The notes: generated from the sequence alone by a model not told the origin. A stretch of 64,000 nt of DNA from Candidatus Bathyarchaeota archaeon (GCA_963775465.1 CAVZIW010000010.1:32001-96000), one strand, 5' to 3'. Counted from the first letter of the stretch, positions 48,319-58,406 are shown. Made by a program: numbers and translations.

Positions 48319-49029
48319 TTACTTCGACAATATCTCGTAGGTGAATTCAACCTCGTTTGGTTTTGTATGTGAATGAAGCCCAACACCGAGATTGTCAAAT
48401 TTGTCTGTGAAGGTAGCTGCGTAATAGCAAATCTGATCGTCCTTGTTCATTTCCAATATTTTTCCTATAAGTGGAATTACCCCTCCAGCCAAGTCCGTGA
48501 CCGTTGAGAGCATAGGATTAGCTGTTGTCGCCAAAGTGGTTAGGACTTTCTGGATGTCTTTGAACCCTTGGTTGTCGTTGACAGCTTTAAGAATTTCTGC
48601 AGCATCTCTTTGGGGCTGGTCACTTTCCACTATTTGTAGCCTAATGTCCAAGTACCGAGGTAACTTCCCAGGAGAATTCTGATATATTGCTAATCCGTTT
48701 CCTCCAATGTCTAAAACATCGCCTTTCTTGACATTTATAAATGTCTTTACATCGTATGATAACGGTTTTTCCTCTGAACCATCGGCAACTGAATAAACCA
48801 AATAGATTTCTGCATTTTTATCCCATGCCGGTTCATGGATGTTCAATATTCTGACTTTTTTTAACCTGATCATTACATCCGTAATACTGGAGTCCAAAGT
48901 CATGCGCATTAAGTTTGACGACATACTTTTCGAGAAACGCCTGCGTTCTAAATTCTCTATTAATTCCAAACTTGGTTGCTCTACAATGTCAGGCATTACA
49001 TCTGCTTTTTCTAACACAATAAATGGCAA
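48319..49029 (-). CDS. Hypothetical protein: beta-sandwich-like with an inserted amphipathic helical segment
   Basis: 236-aa ORF divergent from the protease-MBL operon, with a GGTGA RBS. Confidence 0.7.
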   Translation of the reverse strand: MPFIVLEKADVMPDIVEQPSLELIENLERRRFSKSMSSNLMRMTLDSSITDVMIRLKKVRILNIHEPAWDKNAEIYLVYSVADGSEEKPLSYDVKTFINVKKGDVLDIGGNGLAIYQNSPGKLPRYLDIRLQIVESDQPQRDAAEILKAVNDNQGFKDIQKVLTTLATTANPMLSTVTDLAGGVIPLIGKILEMNKDDQICYYAATFTDKFDNLGVGLHSHTKPNEVEFTYEILSK

Positions 49030-49176
49030 TCAAATCACCATATTATGGATGTGTTTTTTATCATATAAAATCTTTCGCTAGAATCAATATATTTTTTAAC
49101 AAAAAAAATTATTAGATTATCATAAATCAGTCAAACAGTTTTATTTGCTTGCAAATGAATTGTATACTGAGCAGAA

Positions 49177-51039
49177 ATGCAAGCAAGACTCCCTTTAATG
49201 ATTCAAGATCCCTCAACTTCAAAAAAATATAAAGATTTACCAAACTTAGGGCTGGAGGGCTTCAATCCGAAGAATGAGGAGTTCTTTCTATCAGGTCCCA
49301 TTTCCAAGCAGATCGCCGTTCTGGATTTTGATCCGGAAACAGGCAAATTGGTTAAAGGTGCAAAATGGCACAAACCACCACCAAAACGGAAAAGGGGTTG
49401 GTACGAAAACGACGGGGAAGATGAGGAAAAAAAGAGGCGATTTGACGAATACGACAAACTGAATCTGGAAGATTTGACAGCTCCGGCTTTCTTGCAAGTA
49501 AACACCTTTGCTACTGTACTTAAAACAATTTACATGTTACGCGAGAGCGAGAAGGAAAAGGACAAAGATAAAGGGGATACATTAGGGCACTCAATTACTT
49601 GGGCTAGCGGTTTGCCCCAACTGCTTGTGATTCCTAGAGCCGGACGAATGAAAAATGCGTTTTATCATAGAGAATCTAATAGCCTCCAGTTCTTCATGTT
49701 TTCTCCCAAAGATAATCCTGATCAAACGGTTTACACGTGCCTTTTTCGAGACATAGTTGCCCACGAAACAGGACACGCTATAGTAGATGCAATCGCCCCT
49801 GACCTATATCATGCCCAACAGAGTCAAGCGCTGGCAATGCATGAATCCATAGCCGATCTAACGGCTCTTCTCATGGCCATATCGAGTTGGAATCTTAATA
49901 GAATCGTTCTCAAGAAAAACCACGGTATTATCAGAGATTCCAACGACTTCAGCACTATCGCCGAAAACTGGAGAACAGAATTAGAGGAAGGGGGTAGACA
50001 TATGCGAAACTTGCTAAACAATAAGACTCTAAATTCCCTAAGGAGCGATGAATGCCATGAACTCAGCGAGGTTTTAAGTGGAGCCCTGTACAATGTGTTT
50101 CTGAAAATATATGAAGACTTCAAAGATGAACTAGAACCTCACTATGCCAAAGATCCAAGATTTAGTCGGAATCTTTGGTTACACGTTTCTCGTTCTGCTC
50201 TTTATGACTATGCTGCTGAACGCTTCAAACAGATGATTTTTCGGGCACTTGATTATCTGCCTCCCGGTGATGTCTCATTTGTTGACTATGGACGAGCAAT
50301 AGTAGCTGCCGATTCTGTCGGATACTATGGAGAAGAACGCACTCTAAAAATTCGTGACTGGATTACAAACGAGTTTTTTAATAGAAATATTATTAATGAC
50401 AAAGATGCGTTGGACGTTAGCACTTTTTTCAAAGATGATGCGTTGAATGGTTTTGATGTTTCGAATCTCTGCAAAAGTGACTGGGAGGCTTATCGATTCG
50501 CAAACAGCCCCGAAGGTCGTAGGTTGTTGTGCATACCACCTGAAATACCCTTTGAAGTACTCTCCCCTCGATTAGAGGTTAGAAAGAAACCGATTGGAAA
50601 GCCACCTCTCTGTGATCCGGCTAACATCCAAGAAACTCATGAGTGTATTTTCAAGGTTGCCTGGGATCCTATTGAAAAGAACCCGATTGGATCGGGCTAT
50701 CCGGAAAATCGCCGATTCAGAGTTGGAACAACTTTAGCACTATATTGGGAAGATGGAACTGTCCTGGCACTTTTATCTTCTGCTCCACCGCACAAAACAA
50801 ACACTGACAAACGCTACACAAATCAGAAACAGCGGTCCATTGTAGCCGATGAATTTAACGAAAAATCTGAGAACCGAACCAATTTCGTAAAATGCCTAAT
50901 TAAAGAAGGCTTGCTCAAGTTTAATCAACATTCATTTGGTCCAGACGGGCGCACTCCTCTGCTTTCCTGCATTCAAGCTGAAGATTTGGATGGTATAATG
51001 CGAATAAGAGGAGCTGCAAAGATGTTACATATCATTTAA
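49177..51039 (+). CDS. Cytoplasmic gluzincin metalloprotease (thermolysin/M4-M36-like)
   Basis: NAFY, DIVAHETGH (HExxH), HESIAD (ExxxD) and a later His (CHELS). No signal peptide. Confidence 0.85.
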   Translation: MQARLPLMIQDPSTSKKYKDLPNLGLEGFNPKNEEFFLSGPISKQIAVLDFDPETGKLVKGAKWHKPPPKRKRGWYENDGEDEEKKRRFDEYDKLNLEDLTAPAFLQVNTFATVLKTIYMLRESEKEKDKDKGDTLGHSITWASGLPQLLVIPRAGRMKNAFYHRESNSLQFFMFSPKDNPDQTVYTCLFRDIVAHETGHAIVDAIAPDLYHAQQSQALAMHESIADLTALLMAISSWNLNRIVLKKNHGIIRDSNDFSTIAENWRTELEEGGRHMRNLLNNKTLNSLRSDECHELSEVLSGALYNVFLKIYEDFKDELEPHYAKDPRFSRNLWLHVSRSALYDYAAERFKQMIFRALDYLPPGDVSFVDYGRAIVAADSVGYYGEERTLKIRDWITNEFFNRNIINDKDALDVSTFFKDDALNGFDVSNLCKSDWEAYRFANSPEGRRLLCIPPEIPFEVLSPRLEVRKKPIGKPPLCDPANIQETHECIFKVAWDPIEKNPIGSGYPENRRFRVGTTLALYWEDGTVLALLSSAPPHKTNTDKRYTNQKQRSIVADEFNEKSENRTNFVKCLIKEGLLKFNQHSFGPDGRTPLLSCIQAEDLDGIMRIRGAAKMLHII

Positions 51040-51056
51040 AAATAGAAGGTATATTC

Positions 51057-52292
51057 ATGGATAAGATTCGAGTACGCGCATATAACGTTCTCTTTGGTGA
51101 CGCTTTCTTAGTCACATTTCCAGAAACTAAGTTAGACGGCACAGTTGAAACTCGGAACATCCTTATTGATGTTGGAAATCTTCTTCGCAAAGGTGGCAGT
51201 GATAAGGTTTTCAAACCGGTTGTAGAGGACATCCTCAAAGAACTCAACGGCAGACCGCTTGATCTTTATATTATGACGCATGAACATCTCGATCATGTTC
51301 AGGGTTTGCCATATGCCGAAGAAAAACTGTACACAGAAACTGATGATGAACTTGCAAAGAGACTCAAGACCCGTTACACATGGCTCACCGCCTCATCTGA
51401 GGATGGATACTACGAAAAACACCCCAAGGCGAAGGAGAAACATTTGGAGTTCTCTGCTACCTACAAAGAAATTGACAGATTCATGCAAACACTAGAAGCA
51501 GACGTGCCTTTAACAGATAGATTATTATGGCTCAATAACTCGGACAATACCAAAAACTGTGTAAACTACTTGAAGGGGATAGGTGAGAAGACATTTTACG
51601 TTTCTCGTGCATGCGCTAGACACAAAGGAATAGTTTTTGATCCTAATGAGTGCCACCCCTTTAGCGAAGCTAGAATTGAAATTCTGGCTCCGGAAGAGGA
51701 TACATCCATTTACTATTCAAAAACTAGAATTGCACCAATGAGCTTGGGTGTCACTGAGACTTCAACTGGAAGCGGGAAGCGCCCGTCTCTAACGGATGTA
51801 TTTCCCCCTTCTGGAGTGGACGCTGGAGCTTTCTATGAATTAGTTAAAATGAGAAGAGATGGGCATTTTGATAACCTGCTTGCAATCGACAAAGCTGCCA
51901 ATAACACTAGCGTTGTGTTTTGTCTTGAATGGCGTGATTTTCGATTGCTTTTCCCAGGTGATGCGGAAAAAGAGAGCTGGAATGTAATAAACGACGTTTT
52001 TCCAAGTATTCTCAAACCGGTGCATTTCTTGAAGATAAGCCATCATGGAAGCCACAATGGGACTCCAGAACAAACGATATTAGAGAAAATATTGCCACAG
52101 ACCAGAGTTGACGACAAACCACGCAAAGCGCTTCTTTCTGCCACAAGTGAAGAAGTATACACAAACGTCCCTGACCCACAAACAGTAGATCGGATTAGAC
52201 AACGCTGCGACAACCTTTACGAAGTTGAAGAAGTAGAACTCGGAAAACACATAGATATCGAGTTTGAGGCAGAACGTATTAGCTCTGAATAA
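51057..52292 (+). CDS. ComEC/Rec2-type metallo-beta-lactamase-fold hydrolase (putative nuclease)
   Basis: GDAFL, LIDVG, THEHLDH, NNTS, LFPGDAE and KISHHGSHNGT motifs. Confidence 0.85.
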   Translation: MDKIRVRAYNVLFGDAFLVTFPETKLDGTVETRNILIDVGNLLRKGGSDKVFKPVVEDILKELNGRPLDLYIMTHEHLDHVQGLPYAEEKLYTETDDELAKRLKTRYTWLTASSEDGYYEKHPKAKEKHLEFSATYKEIDRFMQTLEADVPLTDRLLWLNNSDNTKNCVNYLKGIGEKTFYVSRACARHKGIVFDPNECHPFSEARIEILAPEEDTSIYYSKTRIAPMSLGVTETSTGSGKRPSLTDVFPPSGVDAGAFYELVKMRRDGHFDNLLAIDKAANNTSVVFCLEWRDFRLLFPGDAEKESWNVINDVFPSILKPVHFLKISHHGSHNGTPEQTILEKILPQTRVDDKPRKALLSATSEEVYTNVPDPQTVDRIRQRCDNLYEVEEVELGKHIDIEFEAERISSE

Positions 52293-52636
52293 ACAACTTT
52301 TCGAATTAACCACTAACAAGAAAGCAGCCATTGAAGAGAATCAACTGCATGCAAAGGTTGAGGTTTCCGAGTTGCAATATGGAGTTTGCATCATTTCTTC
52401 TAGATTCTTAGAGTTTTAGAGTCTTAGATTCATAGAGTCAATTTTCTGAAGAATTTTTTTTGACATAGCGTCGATTGTATAGCTTTTTAGCTAAGGTTTT
52501 CAATTTTTGGAGGGGTATAGAGAGGTCTTTCTGATTTTATTTAATCATCAGAACCTATAAAAATTAAATAATAATATTCGTGTGGCATGTTTCTATGCCG
52601 CCCAATCCGAGGAAGACCTAAGCGAACTCAAAGCTT

Positions 52637-53368
52637 TTGAGCATAAAACGCATATTTAGAGCTATGGCGCTATCTAAATTCATGGTCTTTGCGCTGGCTC
52701 TTGCTATTTCGTTCCCTCTGTGCATGGCAGAACTCACTCCAATTCCTGGAGGATATGACCCCGGCTGGGATATCGGTCCGGCAAGACCCAGTGAGTTTTT
52801 CACGATTCCGCCGAATGGAGGCAGTACAAGTTTTGTCTTCAAGTCTCTAGATTTAGAAGTCACCATAAAGGGCGCTGAAAACCAGACGGAAGATGTTCGT
52901 GGCGAATTCAGCGCAATAAAATACCTCGGCAATCCTATGGCTCGTGCAAGCTTACCATCTGACTTCAAGGCAGCAACTTTTGTCTTAGTTTCTTGCTTTG
53001 GCGTGAGTGACAGTGACATTGCTCCAAACGGCATAAAGATGAGCTTTAGCTATGATCCTGAAAAGGTCGGAAGCCCGCGGCAGATATTGAGGTATGATCC
53101 AGAAAAAGGCGTGTATTCTCCGCTTCAAACGGTTGATGATTCGCAGGCAAAAACATTGACTGCCATCATATCGACTACGCAAGGGCTCTATGCAATTGGG
53201 GGAAGCGAGCCTTCACAGCTTATTTGGGTGGCAGCCGTTGTTTCTGTCATAGTTGCAGTTGTTGTCGCAGCAATGTTTTTGATCATAAGGAAAAAGGGTC
53301 ATCTAAAGCCTTCCACAAACTGGGGTATAAAGGCTTTGCAGATTTTATCTTATCACCAGAACATATAA
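52637..53368 (+). CDS. Secreted, membrane-anchored surface protein
   Basis: Signal peptide, then a C-terminal TM helix with a basic tail. Confidence 0.65.
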   Translation: MSIKRIFRAMALSKFMVFALALAISFPLCMAELTPIPGGYDPGWDIGPARPSEFFTIPPNGGSTSFVFKSLDLEVTIKGAENQTEDVRGEFSAIKYLGNPMARASLPSDFKAATFVLVSCFGVSDSDIAPNGIKMSFSYDPEKVGSPRQILRYDPEKGVYSPLQTVDDSQAKTLTAIISTTQGLYAIGGSEPSQLIWVAAVVSVIVAVVVAAMFLIIRKKGHLKPSTNWGIKALQILSYHQNI

Positions 53369-53579
53369 AATACAACAAATAATTTTGAGGTTGTCTAATT
53401 CTATCCGCTCCAATCGGCGACAGACCTTTTGCCCGAATGTTTATGATTTAAGGATTGATTTTGGACACTTTTTTTCGGCAATAATCTTGACCAAAAAAAG
53501 ACATTTTCTTTGCCAAATTGGCAAGTCACCTATCCCTTTGAAAAAATAGGCTTCTTCAACCTGGGATTGTCTGGGATTA

Positions 53580-53783
53580 TTAGTTTGTTTTTACGTTAAG
53601 TGCGTTATTTGCCAGCTTATAATTCATAAACGCAATTAATCTAGGGCAATTTTGGAATTCATCCTTTTCGCAAAATCTTGACAATGCATCACTGTCAACA
53701 TTCCAGGGTGAGGTTTCAACTGAGGCTAGGCAAGTTTTTGTTTTATCTTCGTCTTTTCCTATTTCAAGACACACACATTGCAT
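53580..53783 (-). CDS. Small Cys-rich protein
   Basis: MQCxCL...C...C...FxxCPR pattern. Confidence 0.55.
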   Translation of the reverse strand: MQCVCLEIGKDEDKTKTCLASVETSPWNVDSDALSRFCEKDEFQNCPRLIAFMNYKLANNALNVKTN

Positions 53784-53914
53784 TCAAAGCACCTAATCTT
53801 AATTCTTGATTAATGCTTAAAATAATTTCTCAAATCTTCTTATTTTTAATACATAATATGAAAAATTATAAATATTGATTAGCCTAAATTTATCTTGTCG
53901 GAAGTGTTCTCTAC

Positions 53915-55150
53915 TTGAAAAGTGAACCAAACGACTCTGAGAAATCGAAAAACCCGATATCTGGCAAGATCGTGTTTGCTGCAGTTCTGGTAGCGACATT
54001 AGCTGTATCAAGTTTTTTAGGTTTCTATAGCCTTTGGGCTGACCAAGCTTTCAACATAGAAATAAAAAATCCCGTAGAAGCAAGGTTTCTTGATGGCAAC
54101 ATAACCTGCTTTGTCTACAATTTAACATATTCTGTAGAGAACTATTTTCCTTTTAAAAATTATACTATTTACCCCAAAATAGCAAAGAATAATTCTAACA
54201 TTTATGAACCGATCGATAATACTGCAAAAGCATTCTCTGACAATAAAATCACAATTTCTTCTTTTGAGATAAAAACAACATATGGAGACAAAGAACTCTT
54301 TTCACCGTATAAAATTATTGATCCAAGAGTTCTCCCAGTTGTGCACACTCCGGGCTTGGCTAAAACCACGCTTATCATCAATTGGAGTTACAATCAGACT
54401 ACGATGGAGGGTGGTCAATCTGACTCTTTTGCTTTATTATTAACAAATAATCCAAACTCAACTGCCACTCGTGTTTCAGGGGATGACTTGTTGCCTAGGA
54501 AGAGTTTTGATCTTTTGTGGAATACTCTTCCTTTCGTTGTCTTTTGGGCTTTGGGGGTTGTGGTTTCCTGGATAGTTTTTGAACAAGGCAAAATTAAGGA
54601 TGCGTTTGGTAATTTAACAAATTTTGATGTTGAAAGCTATCAAAAAGCTGGAAATGCTGAAAAGAAAAAATTGGAAGACAACTTAAATGAAATTATAGCT
54701 TTCCCGAAAAAAGAAAAAAGTTGGAATCGGCTATGGTTTGGATTGAGCATGTTTATAGTCAAAAATTTGACCAGCAAAAAATGTAAAGAATATAGCGAAG
54801 GTAGCTTCAAAGTCTCTCCATACATGAAAAGGTCTCTCAAGGATATCTTTGGAAAGTATGAAAAAAATACGCTTGAGAAGATTGAGGACACACTTCCTGA
54901 GATTAAAACAATTCTCATATTTTTTGGCTTTCTGGCTTCATTAGGCCTTACTTTTTCTTTCAACATCGGAGCAGTTGGAGCATTAATTTACGTGGTGATT
55001 TTATTCTATGTTTTTTTCAATATGGGGGCATCCATTCAATTTGTCTGGAAATCAAAAACAGACCGTAACTGGATAATTGCAACTTTTATTATAGCACTGG
55101 TCATAGTAGTCCTTTCAAGCATAGTTTCAGTTCTGCGAGTTTTATCATAG
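53915..55150 (+). CDS. Hypothetical multi-pass membrane protein
   Basis: 411-aa ORF with N-terminal TM, extracellular domain and further TMs; low GC. Confidence 0.65.
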   Translation: MKSEPNDSEKSKNPISGKIVFAAVLVATLAVSSFLGFYSLWADQAFNIEIKNPVEARFLDGNITCFVYNLTYSVENYFPFKNYTIYPKIAKNNSNIYEPIDNTAKAFSDNKITISSFEIKTTYGDKELFSPYKIIDPRVLPVVHTPGLAKTTLIINWSYNQTTMEGGQSDSFALLLTNNPNSTATRVSGDDLLPRKSFDLLWNTLPFVVFWALGVVVSWIVFEQGKIKDAFGNLTNFDVESYQKAGNAEKKKLEDNLNEIIAFPKKEKSWNRLWFGLSMFIVKNLTSKKCKEYSEGSFKVSPYMKRSLKDIFGKYEKNTLEKIEDTLPEIKTILIFFGFLASLGLTFSFNIGAVGALIYVVILFYVFFNMGASIQFVWKSKTDRNWIIATFIIALVIVVLSSIVSVLRVLS

Positions 55151-55388
55151 ATATAGTTGAGGATAATTTTGGTTTAATTGCTATGATCAATGCTAAAGCG
55201 TTTTTAATCAAAGCCTTCCAAAATCTGGGTCCCATAGTGGGGTCAGGTCTTCTGAAATCATCAGAATATATAAAAATACAAAATTTCTCTCGCTTTACCC
55301 GCCAGTTTCTGAAAGACCTTTTGCCCCAATTACTGTACTCAATGAACTTGTGCCTAAATTTTTCTGCGCAAGTGTGCAGAGACTCTAC

Positions 55389-55622
55389 CTAATGCTCAAC
55401 GATCATAAGCGTCAGGATCGTGACAATACCAACTAACTGCGTCAAATTGTATTTGATTATCTCCCTGAGTCTGTCGATCGAATTTGCACTAACCTTGATT
55501 AAGAAATCGTAAACACCATACAAAGCGTGAGCTTCCTCAACGCCACTGACCTGCTTTATTCTTTGAAGAACATTTTCTTTCCCTGCAATGTCCGTATTTA
55601 CCAAAATTAACGCTGAAACCAT
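55389..55622 (-). CDS. Stand-alone Lrp/AsnC ligand-binding (RAM) domain protein
   Basis: MVSALILVNT...GVEEAHALYGVYDFLIKV...TLMIV. Confidence 0.85.
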   Translation of the reverse strand: MVSALILVNTDIAGKENVLQRIKQVSGVEEAHALYGVYDFLIKVSANSIDRLREIIKYNLTQLVGIVTILTLMIVEH

Positions 55623-55632
55623 ATCTATCCCT

Positions 55633-55797
55633 TTAGCCGTGAGTTTGCTTAGGTTGAGCGCAGTAAAAGTTGCCGTTGAGCTTGACAAGCGATGGGCATT
55701 TTCCGTCTTGACAGTTACTCAGCCATTGGCATGGGGCTTTTACATCGTGGACTCTAGGCATATAGGTTGGATGTGATTTTTTAATCATGTTTTCCAT
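55633..55797 (-). CDS. 54-aa four-Cys small protein
   Basis: Hand-translated MENMIKK...PCQWLSNCQDGKCPSLVKLNGNFYCAQPKQTHG, with a GAGG RBS. It ends 11 bp before the Lrp start. Confidence 0.55.
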   Translation of the reverse strand: MENMIKKSHPTYMPRVHDVKAPCQWLSNCQDGKCPSLVKLNGNFYCAQPKQTHG

Positions 55798-55950
55798 TTT
55801 GATTCCTCAAAAATCAGTATAATGGATATTGCAAAATCGCTGTTTTAAAAATATGTGATTGCAGGATAGCTACAACAAGCTTGCTTGCTAAATCATTGCA
55901 TACAAGCATGTTATGTCCTAACCAGGGAAGCGAAATCGGAGTGATAATTC

Positions 55951-56040
55951 ATGAACCGGCAACCTGAGATATTCCTCGGCGATCTATCATCTGAGACACA
56001 GAAAAGAGTCCTCAAGTTCCTCAGAATCAAAAACTCCTAA
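55951..56040 (+). pseudogene. Small ORF, possibly frameshifted
   Basis: GGAGTGA RBS, then MNRQPEIFLGDLSSETQKRVLKFLRIK. An alternate frame continues TPKEANLES. Confidence 0.35.
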
Positions 56041-56138
56041 GAAGCTAACCTCGAGTCTTTCCATTGTTTGTGTTGTTTCTTTGAGGTGACAACATATCTT
56101 ATTATGGATTTTCTACCATAATACTTTGTTTTTAAGAA

Positions 56139-56321
56139 ATGAAACAAGTTTTGCTGACAAAATGCCCAATCTGCGGAAAAAGCCCAGGTAAACCAGTGAA
56201 ATCTCTGAAAAACTGTTGTTTCCAAATTGAAGGATATGCCTGCAATGCTTGCGGGGCATCCTTTAAAGTGACAAACGAGGTAATTTTTGGCTGTTTAACG
56301 AAAAACAGTGTAATCGTCTAG
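56139..56321 (+). CDS. Small Zn-ribbon protein, paralog of 23916..24041
   Basis: KCPICG...KPVKSLKN..F.IE.Y.C..C...FKV. Confidence 0.6.
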   Translation: MKQVLLTKCPICGKSPGKPVKSLKNCCFQIEGYACNACGASFKVTNEVIFGCLTKNSVIV

Positions 56322-56513
56322 TTCTGAGATTTCCACGTTGTGCTTGAGCATTATGCGTCTTAGGCAGTCCCGTTCGAATTGGGGGCAAATCCATTTGGCT
56401 TTCAAGATATAGCCTGATTCAGTTTCCGATATGCTTACGGCTTGCGCTTCGATGAATGATTCGCATTCATGCATGATTTCTTTTAGCAGCAAGACAGCGC
56501 CTGCCCGATCCAA
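56295..56513 (-). CDS. Small hypothetical protein, paralog of 24116..24334
   Basis: MDRAGAVLLLKEI...VFR, with an AGGTGG RBS. Confidence 0.65.
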   Translation of the reverse strand: MDRAGAVLLLKEIMHECESFIEAQAVSISETESGYILKAKWICPQFERDCLRRIMLKHNVEISELDDYTVFR

Positions 56514-56855
56514 TTGCCCACCTTGAAATGAGCGTATTTCCTGAAGGGCATTTAAGAGTTTCCTATGATCCTCAAAAACAAAATAAATTTCGGCCTTAAC
56601 TAGACAGCCTTAGCTGAGGGATCATTCAATTACCCTCGGATAATCTTACCCAGCCGATGAGCAGAGAGCCCATGTCGGGGGTTATCAAAAAGAATGTTGA
56701 AGTGGACCGGGAAAATTTGCCCCTTCACGGAGCCATAGATTCACCCGCATTTTCCCTTTCTTATTTTAGTTGAACCATCTCTTGATGCCTTTTATAAATT
56801 AATAAAAATATTACTGCAACTGCATAAATATTTAATAAATATAATTCCTATTTTT

Positions 56856-57329
56856 ATGTTAAGGCGATTTTTCTTGACGATTGAAGAAAATAAGGCAACC
56901 CTGAGAAGATTTATTGAAGCCTACAATAATCGTAATTTAGAAATATTTGAAGAATTAGTGGAACCCGATTTCATAGATCGCACCCACCGACAGAAAGGCA
57001 GGGAACCATTCAAAAAACTTTTCACCCTAGCCTTTGCGGGCTTCCCCGACTGGCATGAAGAAATCGAAGATATGGTTGCTGAAGGGGAAAAAGTCTGGGT
57101 GAAGGTTAAGGCAACTGGAACGCATACTGGCAACTGGGAGCTTCTTGGAATTTCCCTACCTGCAACAGGCAAAAAAATAACAATGCCTATGGTCTTCTTC
57201 TTTAGAATCATAAACGGTAAACTCGTCGAAACAGGCGAACTCGACGATCAACTCGACTTCTTCCACAAGATGGGACTAATAGAATACACTCAAAAAGGCG
57301 AAAAGCTCCTCTCCCAAACACCAACATAA
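56856..57329 (+). CDS. SnoaL-like ester cyclase (NTF2 fold)
   Basis: EENKA, FPDW, MVAEGEKV, GTHTG and PATGK motifs. Confidence 0.85.
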   Translation: MLRRFFLTIEENKATLRRFIEAYNNRNLEIFEELVEPDFIDRTHRQKGREPFKKLFTLAFAGFPDWHEEIEDMVAEGEKVWVKVKATGTHTGNWELLGISLPATGKKITMPMVFFFRIINGKLVETGELDDQLDFFHKMGLIEYTQKGEKLLSQTPT

Positions 57330-57345
57330 AATAAAGGTTCCCGCT

Positions 57346-57804
57346 TTGATAAAATTCGAGGTTAAAGAAATAATCAACCGATCGGTGGATCAGGTTTTTG
57401 CTTTTATAGCTGAAGGCGAAAACAACTCTAAATGGAATTCCGCAGTCACATCGGTTACAAAAATCTCTCACGGCCCAGCCAAAAAAGGATCACAATACTC
57501 TATGACTCGAAATCTTCCAAACGGAACCGCAAAAAACATTTACGAAATAGTTGATTACGAACCAAACCGGACTCTTACTATCAAAATTACTTCAGGTCCA
57601 ACTCCATTTACTTATCGTTATGAATTCAAACCCGTAGGCGACGCAACCGAAGTTTCGATGAAAGCTGAGGTGGATAAGGAAGGACTTGTTGAAGTCTTAG
57701 GGCTGAAAGCTAAAATCGCACCTGAATTGGTACTATCCGGATTGCTTAAAAAAGGGGTAGAAACAAACTTCCAGGCGCTAAAGAAAATTCTGGAGTCTGC
57801 CTAA
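57346..57804 (+). CDS. SRPBCC/START-like ligand-binding protein
   Basis: INRSVDQVFAF, WN, YEPNR and LKKILES pattern. Confidence 0.8.
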   Translation: MIKFEVKEIINRSVDQVFAFIAEGENNSKWNSAVTSVTKISHGPAKKGSQYSMTRNLPNGTAKNIYEIVDYEPNRTLTIKITSGPTPFTYRYEFKPVGDATEVSMKAEVDKEGLVEVLGLKAKIAPELVLSGLLKKGVETNFQALKKILESA

Positions 57805-58148
57805 TTTAGCAAAGAAACTGCTTTCACAAACGTTTTCTTGCTTGAATTTGTCTTCGAATATTCGTTGAATAGGTAGACGACGAGTAGGGCGCACGCAGCT
57901 GCCACTGAGCGTTTAACCGATATGATGCTCGGCAGAGTAGCGAATTTAGAAGAACCAGATTCAGGTCAGGTTGTTAAGGGCCAGAAGAAGCTCGGGGATT
58001 ATGTTAGATGAATCAAGCTGACAAGCACTTTGCAGGATCGTTCTGATTGAACATGGCTTCGAGTACATTACTGAGTTTCAAGGTGCGAAAATCTTCAGGA
58101 AACGCAAGCTTTAGCAGAAGTTTACCCTCCTGCTTGTTTACATCTGTA

Positions 58149-58174
58149 TGATGCAGGGGTGGGATTCGAACCCA
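58149..58174 (-). repeat. tRNA 3' remnant (T-arm + acceptor, tRNA-Leu-like)
   Basis: Reverse complement is TGGGTTCGAATCCCACCCCTGCATCA. No 5' half is adjacent. Confidence 0.65.
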
Positions 58175-58406
58175 AGTGAGAGGGAGATATCACCCGCAAA
58201 ACCTTCTTTTCTTTTTTTGATGCCGTTTTGAGGTGGATGTGCTTAAGGATTAGTAGTATAGTAAGAGTAAATAGCAACTTTTTGAAGTCGAGAGAGATTA
58301 AAATTTTGTTCCTTCCTCCAAAAAAATCTTGAAACAAGAAACTAACTAACCAATAGCAGAGCAATCAGGGCGCGCGCTGCCTTGTCCCGAAATTAAGTGT
58401 AAAAAA

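Larger units (their letters stand above)
40579..58174. mobile_element. Integrated genomic island or composite island (right boundary uncertain)
   Basis: Tyrosine integrase next to a tRNA 3' remnant, with RHH regulators, a TA pair, PolX and accessory ORFs. Further tRNA remnants lie at about 56701 and 58149. Confidence 0.65.

Noticed and set aside
53510-53524. Palindrome TTGCCAA-A-TTGGCAA
   Set aside because: A single short occurrence between convergent genes with no supporting context.
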